Source of the DNA: the human T2T-CHM13v2.0 reference genome, Homo sapiens
DNA: 64,000 bases
Assembly (NCBI RefSeq): GCF_009914755.1
Contig: NC_060938.1
Direction: 5' to 3' (one strand)
How positions within the stretch are numbered: position 1 is the first letter of the stretch; the number at the start of each line of letters is the position of its first letter. The notes beneath the pieces are model-generated. The model did not search any database, was not told the DNA's origin, and saw nothing but the letters and a program-made list of their open reading frames with translations. A program made the position numbers and the translations under genes. This document shows positions 15,801 to 30,800 of this stretch, one piece after another.

Positions 15801-18800
15801 GAGTCTATTCCATTCCTTTCCATTATATTGCATTCCCCTCCATTCCACTGCACTCCAGTCCACTCCACTCCTTTCCATTCCATTACATTCCACTCCAATC
15901 AACTCCTGTCCAATCCACTCCATTCCATTCCATTGCATTTCACTACACTCTATTCCATTCCACTCCATTCCACTCCACTCCACTCCATTCAATTCCATTC
16001 CACCGCATTCCATTCCACTCCATTGCACTCCACTCCACTCCCCTTCACCTCAATCCATTCCATGCCATTCGATTCCATTCCATTCGACACCATTGCATTC
16101 GATTTCATTGCTTTCTAATCCTTTCCATTCGATACCATGTATTCGATTTCTTTGCTCTTGAATCCATTCCTTTTGATTCCATTCCACTCGTTTCCATTCC
16201 ATTCAAGTTCATTCCTTTCAACTCTATTCCATTGGAGTCCATTCCATTCCAATCCTTTCCATTGGAGTCCATTCCATTCGAATCCATTCCATTCCAGTCC
16301 ATTCCATTCCATTCCATTCCATTTGAGTCCATTCAATTCCATTCCATTCCATTTCATTCGAATCCATTCCATTGGAGTCCATTCCATTCTTCTCCATTGC
16401 ATTCCAGTCGTTTCCATTCCATTCCATTCCATTCCACTCCACTCCACTCAACTCCATTCCACTCCATTCAATTGCAATCCAGTCCAATCCACTCCACTCC
16501 ATTCCATTCAAATTCATTCCTTCCCATTAAATTCCATTCCACTCCATTCAACTCCACTGCACTCCACTCCATTCAATTCCCTTTCACCACATTCAATTCC
16601 ACTCCATTCCACTCCATTGCACTCCATTCCACTCCACTTCACTTCACTGCAGTCCATTCGATTCCATTCGATGCCATTTGATTCCATTCCTTTCGATTCC
16701 ATTCCATTCAATTCCATTCCATTCGATTTCATTCCATTCGATTCTATTCCATTTGAGTCCATTCCTTTCAAGTCTATTCCATTTGATTCCAATGCATTCC
16801 AGTCCATTCCATTTGAGTCCATTCAATTCTATTCGAGTCCATTCCATTCCATTCCATTCCATTCCATTCCATTCCACTCCACTCCATTCCACTTGACTTT
16901 GTTCCATTCCATTCCACTACATTCCACTCTATTGCATTCCACTCCACTACAATCAATTCCATTCCATTGCAATCCATTTCATTCCATTCCTTTCCACTCC
17001 ACTCCACTGCAGTACACTCGACTCCACTCCTCACCACTCCATTCCATTCCATTCCATTCCTTTCCATTCCATTTTACTCTGCTCCTATCCATTCCACTCC
17101 TTTCTACTCTATTCCTTCCCATTCCATTCCATTCCACTCCATGCCATTCCATTCCTTTCCATTCCATTCCACTCCATTACACTCCAATCCACTCCACTGC
17201 AATCCACTCCCCTCCACTCCATTCCATTCCATTCCATTCTATTCCATTTCATTCCTTTGCATTCCATTCCACTCCAATCCACTCCACTTCACTGTGTTCA
17301 ATTCCATTCCTACCCATTCCACTCCATTTCACTCTATTCCACTCCACTCCACTCCACTTCACAGCATTTTATGCGATTCCATTCAATGCCATTTGATTCC
17401 ATACCATTCGATTCCAGTGCATTTGATTCCATTCCGTTCAATTCCACTATATTTGATTCCATACCATTTGATTCCATTCCCTTACATTCCATTCCATTCG
17501 TGTCCATTCCATTCCAGTCCATTCCATTCGAGTCCACTCAATTTGAGTCCATTCCATTCCATTCCATGCCATTAATTTCCAGTCCATTCTATTCATTTCC
17601 ACTCAATTTTACTCCACTCCTTTTCATTCCATTCCTGTCTGTTCCATTCCATTCCATTCCACTCCATTAAACTGCACTCCACTCTACTCCACTCCACTGC
17701 ACTCCACTCTACTCTTGTCAATTCCATTCTTTCCCAATACATTCCATTCCACTCCATTCCACTGACCACCACTCCACTCCATTCAATTCCATTCCAATCC
17801 ATTCCATTCCACTCCATTCTGCTCCACTCCTCTCCACTTCATTGCATTCCATTTGACTCGATTCGATGCCATTTGATTCCATTCCATTCATTTCCACTTC
17901 ACTCGATTTCATTACGTTACATTCCATTCGATTCAATTCCATTCCATTCAATTCCATTCCATTTGAGGCCATTCGATTCAAGTCCATTCCATTCGAGTCC
18001 ATTCCTTGCTATTCCATTTCCGTCCTGTAAATTCTATTTGATTCCATTCCATTCCTTTCCATTCCACTCCTCTCCTTTCCATTCCACTCCCCTCCATTCT
18101 ACTCTTTTCCATTCCATTCCACTCTATTCCATTCCATTCCACTCAACTCCACTCCACTCCAATCCACAACACTCAATTCCATTCCATTCCATTGCATACC
18201 ACTCCACTCCACTCCTCTCAACTCCACTCCACTCCATTGAATTCCATTCCTTCCCATTCCATTCCACTCCACTCCACTCCATTCCACTCCACTTCATTCC
18301 ACTCTATTCCACTCCATTCCATTCCATTACATTCTTTCCACTCCATTCCACTCCACTACGTTCAATTACATTTTTTCCCATTCCATTGCATTCCACTCCA
18401 TTACACTCCACTCCACTCCACTCCAATCAATTCCAATCCATTCCACTCCATTCCATTCCTCTCCATTCCGTTCCATTCCCTTCCACTTCATTCCACTCCA
18501 TTCCACTCCACTCCAATACAGTGCATTCCATTCCATTCCATTCCATTTCATTCAATTCAATTCCACTCCATTTCATTCCATACCTTTCAATTCCATTTCA
18601 CTATATTCTTCTCCACTCCACTCCATTCCATTCTGTTCCTTTGCATTCCACTTACCTGGTTTCCATTCCCATCCATTCAATTCCATTCCACCCCATTCCT
18701 TGCCACTACTTTCCACTCCACTCCACTTGTTTCCATTTGATTCCATTGGAAGCCATTCCATGCGATGCCTCTTTCCAGTTGATTCCATTTGATGCCATTC

Positions 18801-21800
18801 GATGCCATTCCATTTGATTCCATTTCACTCAATTCAATTCCATATGATTCCATTTCATAAGAGTCTATTCCATTCGAGGACATTCCATTCGAGTGCATTC
18901 CTTTTTAGTCCATTACATTCCTGTCCATAACATTCGATTCCATTTCATTCCATTCCATTCCATTCCACTCCACTCCAATCCATTCTATTCCATTCCATTG
19001 CATTCCACCGCATTCCACTCCACTCCGTTCAATTCCATTCAATCCAATTCAATTTCATTTCACTCCATTCCACTCCACTCCACTAAATTCTATTCCATTC
19101 CACTCCACTCCACTCCATTTCACTTCATTGCATTCCACTCCACTCCACTCCAATCCATTCCACTGCACTCCACTCCACATCTCTCCACTCCACTCCATTC
19201 CATTCAATTCCACTATTTCCACCCCATTCCATTCCACTCCACTCCATTCCATTCCATTCCAATCCACTGGATTCCATTCTTTGCATATTACTCCATTCCA
19301 CTCCACTCAACTCAACTCGGTTCAATTCTATTCCTTACCATTCCATTCTATTCAAATCCATTTGACACCACTCCGCTCTGCTGCATTCAATTCCATTCCA
19401 CTCCATTCCACTCGACTCCACTCCACTTCATCGCATTCCACTGTATTCTCTTTGATGCTATTCTATTCCGTTGCATTCGACTCCATTCCATTCTATTCCA
19501 TTCCATTCTCATCCATTCCATGCGAGTCCCTTCTATTTGATTCCATACAATTCGAGTCCATTACATGCGAGTTCATTCCTTTCGAGTTCATTCCATTCAA
19601 ATCCATTCCATCCAAGTCCATTATATTCCAGTCCATTCCATTCCAGTCCACTCCCTTCAAGTGCATTCCATCGAGTCCATTCCATTCGAGCCCATTCCTT
19701 TCCAGACCATTTCATTCCAGTCCATTACATTCGAATCCATTCCATTCCATTCCTTTCAAATCCATTCCATTCCATTCTATTCCATTGCATACTACTCCAC
19801 TCCACACAACTCCACTCTACTCCATTCCATTGCATTGCTTTCCACTCCTTTTCATTCCACTCCAATCCGTTCAATTCCACTCCTTCCAATTCCATTCCAT
19901 TCCAACCCATTCCAATGCACTCCACTCCACTCAATTCCATTCTACCTCATTCCATTCCACTGCGTTTCAATCCACTCCACTCCACTTCACCGCATTCCAT
20001 TTGATTCCATTTGATGCCATTCGATTCCCTTCCATTCGATTCCATACAATTCAATTCTATTCCACTCAATTCCATTCAATTGCATTCCATTCCATTCCCT
20101 TCCATTCAAGTCCATTCCATTCCAGTCCCTTCCATTCCATTCCATTCCCTTCCATTCCATTCCATTCCACTCCATTCCACTCCACTCCATACCACTCTGG
20201 TGCATTCCATTAAATTCGACTCAATTCCACACCATTTAATTCAATTCCATTCCATTCCAGTCCATTCCTCTCCACTACACTACACTTTATTCACCTCCAC
20301 TCCACTCCATTCCATTCAATTCCTTTGCATTCCACTCCATTCCACTCCACTCCATTCAATTCCAGTCCTCATTCCATTCCATTCCAATCGATTCCACTCC
20401 ACCCCATTCCATTCCATTCCACTCCAGTCCATTCCATTCCACTTCATTCCATTCCACTCCACTCCACTCCACTCAGTTCAATTCTATTCCTTCCAATTCA
20501 ATTGCATTCCATTCCATTCCATTCCATTCCATTCCATTCCATTCCATTCCACTCAATTCCATTCCATTCAATTCCCTTCCACTCCACTCCAGTCCACTCC
20601 ACTTCATCGCATTCCATTCAATTCCATTCGATGCCATTTGATTCCATTCCCTTTGATTCCATTCCATTATAGTCCATTCAATTCGATTCCCTTCCATTCG
20701 AGTTCATTGCATTCGAGTCCATTCCACTCCATTCCATTGTATTCCATTCCAATCATTTCCATTCCCTTCCAGTACATTCCAGTCGAGTCCATTTTATTAG
20801 AGTCCATTTCATTCCATTCCATTCCAGTCCATTCCACTCAATTCCATTCCTTTCCATTCCATTCCATTCCATTTTACTCCATTGCAATCCACTCCACTCC
20901 ACTACATTCCATTCCTTTCCATTGGATACTACTCTCCACTCCACTCCATCCAATTAAATTTCTTCCCATTCCGTTCCATTCCACTCTATTCCACTACACT
21001 TCACTCCATTCAATTCCCTTCTGCGCCATACCATTCCACTCCGGTCCACTAAACTCCAATTCATCGCATTCCTTCCTATTCCGTTTGATGCTATTCGATT
21101 CCTTTCCTTTCTATTCCATTCCATTTGATTCGATTCCATTCAATTCCTTTCCATTCAATTTCATTACTTTGGAGAACTTCCATTTTTGTCCATCCCAATC
21201 GAGTGCATTCCATTCCAGTCCGTTCCATTCCAGTAAATTCCATTTCAGTCCATTCCATTTGAGTCCATTCCATTCCATTCCAATCCATTCCAATCTCTTC
21301 CATTCCATTCCACTCCACTCCACTCCACTCCACTCCAATTTATTCCATTACATTGCATTCCACTCCACTCCACTCCAATCCATTCCTTTCCTTTCCATTG
21401 CATTCCACTCCACTCCACTCCACTCTGTTCAATATCATTCCTTTTCATTGCATTCCATTCCACTCCACTCCACTCCACTGCACTCCACTCCAATAAATTT
21501 CTTTCAACCCCATTCAACTCTGTTCCAGTCCACTCCACCCCACTCCCCTTCACCATTTACCATTCGAATCCAGTCGATGCCATGCTGTTCCATTCTGTTG
21601 GTTTTAATTCCATTCATTTCCATTCCATTTGATCCCATTCCATTCGATTCCACTCCATTCCCTTTGAGTCCATTCCATTCCAGTTCATTTCATTCGATTC
21701 CATTCCATCTGAGTCATTCCATTCCATTCCATTCCATTCCATTCCATTCCATTCCATTCCACTTCACCCCACTCCATTCCATCCACTCCACTTCACTCCA

Positions 21801-24800
21801 CTCCATTCTATTCCACTCCAATGCATTCCACTTCATTTCACTCTACTCCATTCCATTCTATTCTATTCTATTCCACCACCACTACATTCCATTACACTGC
21901 ATTCGATTCCACTGCATTTCTTTCCACTCCATTCTATTCCATTCACATGCATTACACTTCACTTCAATCCACTCCACTCCCCTCCACTCGACTCCACTCC
22001 ATTCCATACCATTCCATTGCATTCCAATCCACTGCACTCCACTGCATTTAATTCCATTCCTTCCCATTCCATTCCACTCCACTTCAGTCCATTTAATTCC
22101 ATTCCATCACTTTCCATTCCAATCCACTGCACTCCAATCCACTACACTCCACTTCACCACATTCCATTCAATGCCATTCGATTCCATTCTATTCCATTCC
22201 ATTCCATTCCATTCCATCCACTACCATTCCATCCGATTCCATTCTGTTTGATTACACTCCATTCAATTACATTCCATTCGATTCCATTCTGTTCGAGTCC
22301 ATTCCATTCAAGTGCATTCTATTCGACTCCATTCCATTCGAGGACATCCCATTCCAGTTCATTCCATTCAAGTCCATCCAATTCGTGTCCATTCCATTCC
22401 ATTCCATTCTACTCCATTCCATTCCACTCCAATGCATTCCATTAAACTCCACACCACTCCACTCCATTCCATTCCATTCTGCTCCATTCAACTCCATTCT
22501 TCTCCACTCCACTCAACTCCACACCACTCCACTCCACTACATTCCCCTCCACTCCACTCCCCTCCATTCCATTCCATTCCACTCTATTCCATTCTACTCC
22601 ACTCCACTCCACTCTATTCCACGCCCCTCCTTTCCATTCCATTCGATTCCACTCCATTCCACTCCACTCCACTCCACTTGAGTCATTTCCATCCCACTCC
22701 ACTCCATTCCATTACACTCCACTCCACGACTCTATACTCGACTCCATTCCACTCCACTCCACTCCACTCCATTATATTCCAGTCCTGGGCATTCCAATAC
22801 ACTCCTCTCAACTGTACTCCACTACAATCCATTGCATTCAATTGCACTCCAATGCACTTCACTCCACTCCACTCCATTGAATTCCATTCCATCCATTCCA
22901 TTCCATTCCACTCCACTCCATTCCGTTCAATTCCATTCCTTCCCATTCCATTGCATTCCATTCCATTATATTCCATTCCATTCCACTCAATTCCATTTCA
23001 TTCAATTCCATTCCACTCCACTCGACTCCTCTCCACTCAATTCCACTCCACGCTACTCCACTTCACTCCATTCCACGCCACTCCACTCTGCTCTACTCCA
23101 CTCTACCCCATTCTATTCCATTTCATTGCCTTCAACTCCACTCCACTGCACTCCACTGCACTCCGTTCAATTCCATTCCTTCCCATTCCATTCCATCCCA
23201 CTCCATTCCACTACACTCCATTCCAGTATATTCAATTCCATTCTAACCCATTCCATCACACTCCATTCCACAACTCTCCACTCCACTTCATCACATTCCA
23301 TTTGCTTCCATTCGAGGCCATTCGATTCCATTCCATTCGATTACATTTGATGCCTTTCAATTCCATTCCATTCCAACTCAATTCCATTCGATTCCATACC
23401 TTTCAATTCCATCCCATTCGATTCGATTCCATTCCATTCCATTCAAATCCATTTGAGTCCAATCAATTCAAGTCCATTCCATTCCACTCTCTTCCATTCC
23501 ATTCCATTCTATTCCATTCCATTCTATTCCACTCCACTCCATTCTACTGCACTCCACTCCACTCCTCTCCACTCCACTGCATTGCTTTCCATCACATTGC
23601 ATTTGATTCAATTGCTCTCCATTCCATTCCATTCCATTCCATTCCATTCCATTCCATTCCATTCCATTTCATTCCATTCCTCTCCATTCCTCACCACTGC
23701 ACTACAGTTTACTCCTCTCCACTCCACTCCACTACATTCCATTCCTTTGCATTCCACTCCACTCCACTACATTCAATTCCATTCATTCCCATTCCATTCC
23801 ATTCCACTCCATTCGACTGCACTGCAATCCACTCGATTCAATTGCATTCCAAAAAATTTCATTCCAATCCATTCCACTCCATTCCACTCCAATCTTTTCC
23901 ATTCCATTCCACTCGACACCATTCCATTCCACTCCACTCAACTCCACTCCATTCTTCTCCACTCCACTCCACTACAATCCACTACACTCCAATCCAATCC
24001 ATGTCCTTCCATTCCATTCCATTGCATTCCACTCCACTACATTCAATTCAATTCCATTCCACCCCATTCCATTCCACTACATTCCACTCCACTCCATTCA
24101 ATTCAATTCATTCCCATTCCATTCCATTCCATTCCATGACATTGCAGCCACTCTATGCCACTTCACTGCATTCCATTTAATTCCATTAGATTCCATTCGT
24201 TCCCATTCCTTTCAAATCCATTCCATTAATTTCCATTCCTTTCTATTCCATTCCATTCGATTACATTCCACTTAAGTCCATTCTATTCGTGTCCATTTCA
24301 TTCTAGTCCATTTTATTCCATTCCTTTCTACTCCACTCCACTACAGTTTACTCCACTCCACTCCACTCCATTCCATTCCTTTGCATTCCACTCCAATCCA
24401 CTCCACTCCACTCCAATCAATTCCATTCATTCCCATTCCATTCCATACCACTCCATTCCACCCCACTCCAATCCACTCCATTCAATTGCATTCCACCAAA
24501 TTCCATTCCACTCCATTCCACTCCACTCCACTTCTCCACATTCCATTCAATTCCATTCGATGCCATTCGATTCCATTCCTTTCGAATCCATTCTATTCAA
24601 TTAATTCAATTTGATTCCATTTCATTTGATTCTATTCCATTCCAGTCCATTCCATTCGTGTCCATTCCATACCATTCCATTCCATTCCACTCCACACCAC
24701 CCCACCCCACTCCACTCCACTCCACACCATTCAATTCCATTCCATTGCATTCCATTCCACTCCTCTCCACTCCACTACATTAAGTTCCATTCCATTCCAT

Positions 24801-27800
24801 TCCATTACAATACACTCCATTCCACTCCCCTCCACTACATTCCAGTCCTTTCCACTCCACTCCATTCCATTTCATTCAATTCCACTCCACTCCTCTCCAC
24901 TCCACCTCACTCCATTCCACTCCACTGCACTACACACCACTCCACTCCATTCCATTCCATTCTATAGCATTCAACTCCTCTCCACTCCAATCAGTTAAAT
25001 TCCTCTCCTGTCAACCACATTCCATTCCCCTCCATTCCATTCCATTCCACTCACTCCATTCCATTCCAATCCACTCCATTCAATTCCTTTCCTATCCCTT
25101 ACATTCCATTCCATTTAATTTCTTTGCACTCCATTCCACTCCATTCCACTCCATTTCTTTACATTCCATTTTATTACATTCCACTTGACACCATTCAATT
25201 CCACTCCCCTACACTCCACTTCACTCCTGTACAGTCCACTACACTCCAATCCAATCCATGCCATTCCAATCCATTCCATTGCGTTCCTCTCCCATCCATT
25301 CAATTCAATTCCATTCCACCCGATTCCATTCCACTCCATTCCAATCCATTACACAACACTCCATTCAATTCCATTCCTTCCCACTCTATTCCATTCCACT
25401 TCATTCCACTCCACTCCACTCCACGCCACTTCACTGTATTCCATTGAATTGCATTCGATTCCCTTCGATTCCATTCCTTTCAAATGATTCCATTCAATTC
25501 CATTCGATTCAATTCCATTCCATTCGATTCTATTCCACTCAAGTCCATTCCATTCGTGTCCATTCCATTCCAGTCCATTCTATTCCATTCTGTTCCACTC
25601 CACTTCCCTGCACTCCTCTCCATTCAATTCCATTCCATTGAATTCCTCTCCACTCCACTCCACTGCGTTTAATTTTTTTCCATTCCATTCCATTCCACTC
25701 AATTCTACTCCCGTTTACTCATTCCATTCCATTCCACTCCACCACATTCTATTTCATTCCATTCCACTCCACTCCACTACAATCCATTCCACTCCACTCC
25801 ACTTTACTCCTTTCCACTCGACTCCATTCCATTATATTCCATAGCATTCCACTCCACTCCACACCACTCCGTTAAATTCCAATCCTGTCAACCCTATTCC
25901 ATTCCCCTCAATTCCATTCCATTCCACTCATCTCCATTCCATTCCATTCCATTCGAATCCACTCCATTCCATTCCACTCCACTCCATTCCATTCCATTCC
26001 ATAAGATTCCACTCCACTCCACTCCATTCCATTCCATTCAATTCCTTTCCACTGCATTCCACTCCATTCCACTGCATTCCATTCCATTCCATTTCATTTC
26101 ATACCACTCGACACCATTCCATTCCACTCCACTCCACTCCACTGCACTCCATTCCACTCTACTCCACTACAATCCACTGCACTCCAATCCAATCCACACC
26201 ATTCCATTCCATTCCATTTCATTCCTCTCCACTCCACTCAGTTCAATTCCATTCCACCTCATTCCATTCCACTCCATTCCACTGCATTCCACTCCACTCC
26301 CTTCAATTCCATTCCTTCCCATTCCTTTCCATTCCACTGCATTCCACTCCATTCTACGCCACTTTACCGCATTCCATTGAATTCCATTCGATTCCCTTCT
26401 GTTCTTTTCGTTTCACATCAATTCCATTCAATTCCATTCCATTCAATTTCATTCCTTTCGATTCCATTCCACTCAAGTCCATTCTATTCGTGTCCATTCC
26501 ATTCCAGTCCATTCTACTCGATTCCATTCCACTCCCCTCCACTACACTCCAGTCTTCTCCATTCAATTCCATTCCATTGCATTCCACTCCACTCCGTTCA
26601 ATTCCATACCATTCCATTCCACTCCATTCCACTCCCATCCACTCCATTCCATTCCATTCCACCCACCATATTCCAATTCATCCCATTCCACTCCACTCCA
26701 CCATATTCCATTTCATCCCATTCCACTCCACTCCATTCCACTCCATTCCACTCCACTCCAATTCACTGCTTTCCACTCCACTCCATTCCATTACATTCCA
26801 TAGCATTCCACTCCACTCCCCTACACTCCACTCCACTCTGTTAAATTCCATTCCTTTCCACTCCATTCCATTCCCCTCCAATACTTTCCATTCCACTACG
26901 TTACATTCCATTCCACTCCTTTCCATTCCATCCCATTCCAATCCATTCCATTCCATTCCATTCCATTGCATTCCATTCCATTTATTTCAACTCCATTCCA
27001 TTCCATTCCACTACATTCCATTCCATTCTATTCCATTACATTCCACTAGACTCCATTCCTTTCCACTCCACTCCACTCCACTCCACTCCACTCCCTTCCA
27101 CTCCACTCCACTCTACTACACTCAACTCCAATCCATGCTGTTCCCTTCCATTCCATTGCATTCTGCTCCACTCCACTCCACTCCATTCAATTCCATTGCA
27201 CACCATTCCATTCCAATGCACTGCACTCCAATTAACCACATTCCATTCCATTCTGTTTGATGCCATTTGATTCCTTTCCATTTGATTCCATTTCATTCAA
27301 TTCCGTTCCATTCTATTCCATTCCATTTGATTCCATTGCATTCGAGTCCATTCCATTCGAGTCCATTCCATTGATGTCCGTTCCATTCTAGTCCATTCCT
27401 TTCCTGTGCATTCCATTCCACTCCACTCTACTCCACTCCACTCCACTACACTACACTCCATTCCACTACTCTCCACTCCACTCTACTCCACTCAACTCCA
27501 ATCCATGCTGGTCCATTCCATTCCATTGCATTCTGCTCCACTCCACTCCACTCCAATCAATTCCATTCCACCTCATTCCATTCCACTGCATTCCAATTCA
27601 TTGCACTCCAATTAACCACATTCCATTCCCTTCCACTCGTTGCCTTCCGATTCCTTTCCATTTGATTCCATTTTATTCAATTCAGTGCCATTTGATTCCA
27701 CTCCGTTTGATTACATTGCATTCGAGTCCATACCATTCGCGTCCATTCCATTCAATTCCGTTCCATTCGAGTCCTTTCCATTCCAGTCCATTCCATTCCA

Positions 27801-30800
27801 TTCCTTTGCACTCCTTACCATTCCTTTGCATTCCACTCCTCTCCGCTCCACTCAACTCCACTCAGTTCAATTCCATTCCTTCCCATTCCATTCCATCCCA
27901 CTCTATTGCACTCCAGTGCACTCCACTGCATTCCTTTCCATTCCACCCCATTCCAATCCACTCAATTACACTCCTCTCCACTCCACTTCACTGCATAACA
28001 CTGGATTCCATTCGACGCCTTTCCATATTATTTCATTTGATTCCATTCCATTCGATTCCATTCAGTACGATTCCTTTCCATTCTACTCCATTACATTCGA
28101 GTTCATTCCTTTTGAGTCCATTCCATTCCAGTCCATTCCATTCGGGTCCATTCCATTCCAGTCCATTCCCTTGCAGTCCATTCCGTTTGAGTTCATTCCA
28201 TTCCATTCCATTCCATTCCATTCCATTCCATTCTATTTAATTCCACTCCAATCCACTCCACTCCACTCCATTCCATTCCATTTCATTCTATTGCATTCCA
28301 ATCCACTCCTCTCCACTCAAGTCTGTTCAATTCCATTCCTTCCCCTCCATTCAATTCCACTCCATTCCACTCCACTCTGCCCCACTCAATTCAATTCCAT
28401 TCCACCCCATTCCATTCCACTGCATTTCACTCCACTCCACTTCACCGCATTCCATTCGATTCCATTTGATGCCATTCGATTCCATTGCATTCAATTCCAT
28501 TCCATACGATTCCATTCCATTCCAGTCAAATCCATTCGAGTCCATTCCATTTTGCATCCCTTCCATTCCAGTCAATTCCATTGGTATCCATTCAATTCGA
28601 TTCCATTCCATTTGATTCCATTCCTTTCGAATCCATTCCATTCAATTCCATTCTGCTCGAATCCATTCCATTCAATTCCATTCCATTCGAGTCCATTACA
28701 CTCCACTCCATTCCATTCCAGTCCATTAAATTCCAGTCCAATCCATTCTAATTCATTCCATTCCATAACCTTTCCATTCCATTCCATTACATTCAATTCC
28801 ATTCCATTCGTGTCCAGTCCATTCTAGTCCATTCCATACCAGTCCATTCCACTCGAATCCATTCCATTCGTTTCCATTCCATTTGATTTCTTTCCATTCG
28901 AATCCATTCCATTCCAGTCGATTCCATTACAGTCCATTCCATTCCATTGGAATCCATTCCATTCCTTTCCATTCCATTCCATTGCATTCCAATTCCCTAC
29001 ACTCCATTCCATTCCATTCCATTCCATTCCATTCCATTCCATTCCATTCCATTTAACTGCTGTCCACTCCACTGCATTCCATTCCATTCCATTCCATTTA
29101 ACTGCAGTCCACTCCACTCTACTCCACTGCATTCCATTCCATTCCATTCCATTCGATTCAATTGCACTCCATTCCTTTCCATTCCATACCATTCCACTCC
29201 ATTCCTCTCCACTCCACTAGAATTTACTCCACTCCCCTACACTCCATTCCATTCCATTCTTTTGCATTCCGCTCCACTCGCCTCCACTCCATTCAATTAC
29301 ATTCATTCCCATTCCATTCCTTTCCTGTCCATTCAAAACCACTCCACTCCATTCAATTGCATTCCGCCAAATTCCATTACACTCAATTCCACTCCACTCC
29401 ACTTCACCACATTCCATTCGATTCCATTTGATCCCATTCAATTCCGTTCCTTTCAAATCCATTCCATTCTATTAATTCCATCCCATTCCCTTCCATTTGA
29501 TTCCATTCCATTCAAATCCATTCCATTAGATTCCATTCCATTCCATTCCATTCCATTGCATTCCATTCGACTCCACTCCACTCCATTCAATTCCATTCCA
29601 TTGCATTCCACTCCACTCCACTTCACTCCGTTAAATTCCATTCCATTCCATTCCATTACATTGCACTCCATTACACTCTCCTCTACTCTATTCCAATCGA
29701 TTCCACTCAACTCCATTCCATTTAATGTCATTCAACTCCACTCCTCTCCACTCTTCTCCACTCCATTCCACTCCAGTCCTCTCCACTCCTTTCCACTCCA
29801 ATCCATTCCACTCCATTCCACTCCACTACAGTCCACTACCCTCCAATCCAATCCATGCCATTCCATTCCATTCCATTGCTTTCCACTCCACTCCTCTCCA
29901 CTCCATTCAATACCATTCTATCCCATTCCATTCCATTGCATTTCACTCCACTCCACTCAACTTCACCGCATTCCATTCGATTCCATTCAATGCCATTCGA
30001 TTCCATTCCATTCTATTCCATTGAATCCGAGTCCATTCCATTCCAGTCCAATCCATTCTAGTCCATTCCATTCACGTCCATTCCATTCCATTCCATTCCT
30101 TTCGTGTCCATTTCATTTGATTCCATTTCATTTAATTCAATTCCATTTGATTCCATTCCATTCGATTACATTACATTCGATTACATTCCATTCTATTCCC
30201 TTGTATTTGATTACATCCCATTTGATTCCATACCATTCGATTAAGTTCCATTCAAAACCATTCCATTCCATTCCACTCCATTCCATTCCATTAAACTCCG
30301 CTCCACTAAAATGCAATCTACTCCACTCCTCTCCATTCCATTGCACTCCACTCCAAGCCCCTCCACTTCATTCCATTCCATTCCATTGCCCTCCACTCCA
30401 TTCAATTCCATTCCTTCCCATTCAATTCCATTCCATTCCACTCCATTCCGCTCCACTCCACTCCACTGCTTTTATTTCCATTCCATTGTATTCCATTCCG
30501 CTCCATTCCATTCCACTCCACACAACTCCACTCCAATCCATTCCATTCCATTCCGTTGCATTCCACTCCACTCCATTCCACTCCATTCCATTCTCTTCCT
30601 TCCGATTCCATTCCCTCCCGTTCCGTTCCATTCCACTCCATTCCTTTCCACTGCACTCCACTCCATTCAATACAATTCCACCCCATTCCATTCCACTCCA
30701 TCCCAGTCCACTCCACTCCACTTCACCACATTCCATTCGATTATATTAAATGCCATTCGATTACATTCCTTTTGATTCCATTCCATTCAATTCCTTTCTA

